DNA from: Patescibacteria group bacterium
GTDB taxonomy: Bacteria; Patescibacteriota; Minisyncoccia; UBA6257; 02-FULL-45-10c
Direction: 5' to 3'
DNA: 37,582 nucleotides
Assembly: GCA_023474975.1 (NCBI GenBank)
Contig: JAMCXE010000037.1
Coordinates: 1-37,582 of the forward strand
Position 1 is the stretch's first letter, and each line of letters opens with the position of its first letter. A program made the translations under genes and the position numbers. This document shows positions 35,625 through 37,582 of this stretch, in pieces. Under the pieces are notes generated by a model that had not been told where the DNA came from, searched no databases, and was given only the letters and a program-made list of their open reading frames with translations.

Positions 35625-36509
35625 TTATTTATTAATTTTAATTACTATTCCCCTGAGCTTAGCCGACCGACTTCTGGGATTGGCAACGGCCTCTTCCCGA
35701 GAAGCCATTATTACTTTTTTATTTAAAAGTTCCGCAATACCGGATCTTTTAAGTTCTCTGAAGTAGTTTTTTACTACTCTATCTTCTAATGAATGGAATG
35801 ATATTATGGCCGCTCTGCCGCCCTCCTTTAAAATAAATCCCAGATCACCAAGCACTGTTTTTAAATTTTCTAGTTCGCCGTTTACATATATCCTCAGGGC
35901 CTGAAACGTTCTGGTAGCTGGGTCTATCCTCCCTCTTTCATACCCATTCGGAACCGACTTCCTAACTATATCCGCAAGCCGAAAACTGGTTTCTATAGGG
36001 GCGATCTTTCTTTGCTCTACTATATTTCTAGCGATCCTGCCCGCGAACTTCTCCTCTCCCATATCCCTTATGATCCTTGCCAGTTTTTCCTCCGAATACG
36101 AATTGACAACTTCCCTGGCCGTTAAGCCACCTTCTCCATAAGACATCAAAAGTGGCTCATTCCTTCTAAAACTGAACCCCTTCCCGGAATCCTCAAGCTG
36201 ATCGGAAGAAAATCCAAGATCCATAAGTAAACCATCGGCCTTCGGCAAATTCTTTTTCTTTAAAATATCTTTCAATCCAGCGTAATTAGCATTCACGAAA
36301 ATTACATTTTCATTCTCCAAGAATCGACTATTCCGCTCAGCTGCTTTTTTATCCCAATCTATTGCCAAAAGCATTCCTTCTTTACCTATCGCTTCCAAGA
36401 TCTTTTCTGAATGCCCCCCTCTGCCGAAAGTGGCATCAATAAAGAATTCGCCCTTCTGCGGCTTTAATATCTCCATCACTTCATTTAAAAGAACTGGAAT
36501 GTGTGGCAT
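35625..36509 (-). CDS. rsmH: 16S rRNA (cytosine1402-N4)-methyltransferase RsmH (MraW).
   Basis: HIPVLLNEV, DATFGRGGHS, DLGFSSDQL and ISFHSLEDR. Confidence 0.95.
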   Translation of the reverse strand: MPHIPVLLNEVMEILKPQKGEFFIDATFGRGGHSEKILEAIGKEGMLLAIDWDKKAAERNSRFLENENVIFVNANYAGLKDILKKKNLPKADGLLMDLGFSSDQLEDSGKGFSFRRNEPLLMSYGEGGLTAREVVNSYSEEKLARIIRDMGEEKFAGRIARNIVEQRKIAPIETSFRLADIVRKSVPNGYERGRIDPATRTFQALRIYVNGELENLKTVLGDLGFILKEGGRAAIISFHSLEDRVVKNYFRELKRSGIAELLNKKVIMASREEAVANPRSRSAKLRGIVIKINK

Positions 36510-36586
36510 ATTTTCAAACCTTAGTTTTTAGTGTTTAGGCGGAAGTCCTACAAACCCATGTCGCTAAAACCAAGTTTGTTAATTAT

Positions 36587-37018
36587 TTAAATCCCGAGTT
36601 CACCCAACTTTTCTGCTATTTCATCTGAAGATGACTCGGTTTTTGTTTTATATTCCTGCCAATTCGTGCTGTTCCAGATTTCAATGCGATTATAAACTCC
36701 GGCTATTACCGTCTCTTTCTGAAGCCCCGCATATTCTCTTAAATAGTCGGGTATTAATATTCTCCCCTGCTTATCAAGTTCCACGTCCATAGCTCCAGCA
36801 ACCATTAAACGAACAAATGCCCTGGAATTGGCTTGAACCAAAGGAAGCGTGATTAATTTTTGCGCCAAAACTTCCCAATCTTTTGAAGTAAAAACAAAAA
36901 GACAGCGATCCAAGCCCTTTGTAATAATTGCGCCGGTTCCCACTTTTTGGCGGAATTTTACAGGAAGAGCGATCCTGCCCTTTGAATCTAAACTATGTTT
37001 GTACTCTCCAATGAACAT
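36587..37018 (-). CDS. mraZ: Transcriptional regulator MraZ.
   Basis: MFIGEYKHSLDSKGRIALPVKFR and a second DxxGR repeat, DKQGRILIP. The track ORF starts at a GTG at 37048. I prefer the ATG at 37018 because it gives the canonical MF-GEY N-terminus. Confidence 0.88.
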   Translation of the reverse strand: MFIGEYKHSLDSKGRIALPVKFRQKVGTGAIITKGLDRCLFVFTSKDWEVLAQKLITLPLVQANSRAFVRLMVAGAMDVELDKQGRILIPDYLREYAGLQKETVIAGVYNRIEIWNSTNWQEYKTKTESSSDEIAEKLGELGI

Positions 37019-37047
37019 GCGAGAAATTAATTTATTAATTTTGAGCA

Positions 37048-37103
37048 CCCTGTTAAATACTGCCCTGCAGTAATTTTGCTTTCAGCAAAATTATTTAACA
37101 GGG
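37048..37103. promoter_or_regulatory. Nested inverted repeat immediately upstream of mraZ.
   Basis: The outer arms are ccctgttaaa / tttaacaggg (10 bp). The inner hairpin is taattttgct-ttc-agcaaaatta (10 bp). A 13-nt asymmetric bulge, tactgccctgcag, can pair alternatively with the outer 5' arm. Confidence 0.5.
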
Positions 37104-37149
37104 TCCTCGATTTTACATCCAATCGTTTCACTCTTGGGTAAAATCGGGA

Positions 37150-37189
37150 GTTATCCCCAGAATCAGGCGTTATCCCCATAGTTATCCAC
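37150..37189. promoter_or_regulatory. Three direct 9-10-mer repeats, GTTATCCCCA, GTTATCCCCA and GTTATCCAC. On the mraZ strand they read TGGGGATAAC / GTGGATAAC.
   Basis: Read directly at 37150-37159, 37169-37178 and 37181-37189. A perfect TTATCCACA lies at 37299-37307. Confidence 0.6.
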
Positions 37190-37247
37190 TTCCTACCACT
37201 ATATATACATATTACCCCACCACGCCACAATATGTCAAAGCCGCAAT

Positions 37248-37289
37248 GAGCACGAAAAAAGCCCGTATTTATGGGCTTTTTTCGTGCTC
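37248..37289. terminator. Bidirectional intrinsic terminator with a 17-bp perfect stem.
   Basis: gagcacgaaaaaagccc-gtatttat-gggcttttttcgtgctc. Confidence 0.8.
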
Positions 37290-37426
37290 TGTTTCAAATT
37301 ATCCACAGCTCCCGATTCTCTATATTTTCTATAAAATAATATTCGCCTTAATTACTATTTTTATTTTCTAAATTTTATCATTTCCTCAAGCCGTTTCGAT
37401 AATATTAAAAACCGCCGATTTTTAAA

Positions 37427-37582
37427 CTATTTGACATCATCTTTAAAAACATCTTTATTTTCAAATGCTTTTACACTATTAAATTTTTTATTCCATTCTT
37501 CGGGATTACCATAATCAGCGAAATCATAATACCAATCATGATGAAATTTCGGCTTGTGGAAATGATAAAATTTAGAAAATAA
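37427..37582 (-). CDS. 3' end of an unidentified CDS whose 5' part lies beyond the right window edge.
   Basis: My minus-strand translation is open from the edge to the TAG at 37427-37429: LFSKFYHFHKPKFHHDWYYDFADYGNPEEWNKKFNSVKAFENKDVFKDDVK*. It is too short to be listed in the track. Confidence 0.35.
   Translation of the reverse strand, partial: LFSKFYHFHKPKFHHDWYYDFADYGNPEEWNKKFNSVKAFENKDVFKDDVK

Noticed and set aside
37019-37048. The N-terminal extension of mraZ from the GTG at 37048 (MLKINKLISR-).
   Set aside because: MraZ proteins canonically begin MF/L-G-x-Y. The ATG at 37018 gives MFIGEYKHSLD. The GTG lies inside the upstream inverted repeat.
1-37582. Alternative genetic code (UGA recoded as Gly, as in some CPR lineages).
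   Set aside because: All conserved genes are intact under the standard code. TGA also acts as the tgt stop in an ATGA overlap at 31042-31045.

Overview
The window is about 37.6 kb of low-GC, gene-dense, mostly housekeeping bacterial chromosome. Gene content, small proteins, weak Shine-Dalgarno usage and very short intergenic regions suggest a CPR/Patescibacteria (Parcubacteria-like) genome; this is inference only. The standard genetic code applies: TGA is a real stop at the tgt / downstream ORF ATGA overlap at 31042-31045. Left to right, the contents are as follows. (1) Two tandem giant PAS sensor histidine kinases. The first runs off the left edge and is missing from the supplied ORF track. 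(2) mnmA, a small Cys-rich ORF, and efp. (3) An operon-like block on the minus strand of secD, secF, a sigma-region-4/HARE-HTH protein, a 2-TM protein and a soluble TraD/VirD4-like ATPase. (4) A GNAT / DUF2156 / FNR-like trio, then rlmN. (5) A CIRCE-controlled hrcA-grpE-dnaK-(membrane ORF)-dnaJ cluster. (6) An SGNH hydrolase, a Ca2+/H+ exchanger, tRNA-Lys, a CorA-like gene, cysS, dnaB, recR and rplU. (7) tgt, tRNA-Glu, and a dcw block of mraZ-rsmH-ftsL-ftsI-murF. No CRISPR array, integrase, transposase or recognisable defence cassette is visible. The parts most worth a second look are: two hairpin-rich in-frame insertions inside mnmA, one with terminal inverted repeats (like the Rickettsia palindromic elements, RPEs, that insert in frame into ORFs); a split TraD/VirD4-like ATPase plus membrane partner plus sigma4-HARE-HTH module; an intact tRNA-Lys nested between tRNA-Lys half-like fragments and an A/T inverted repeat; a conserved intergenic module that abuts three start codons; and a TTATCCNCA / TGGGGATAAC repeat cluster upstream of mraZ.
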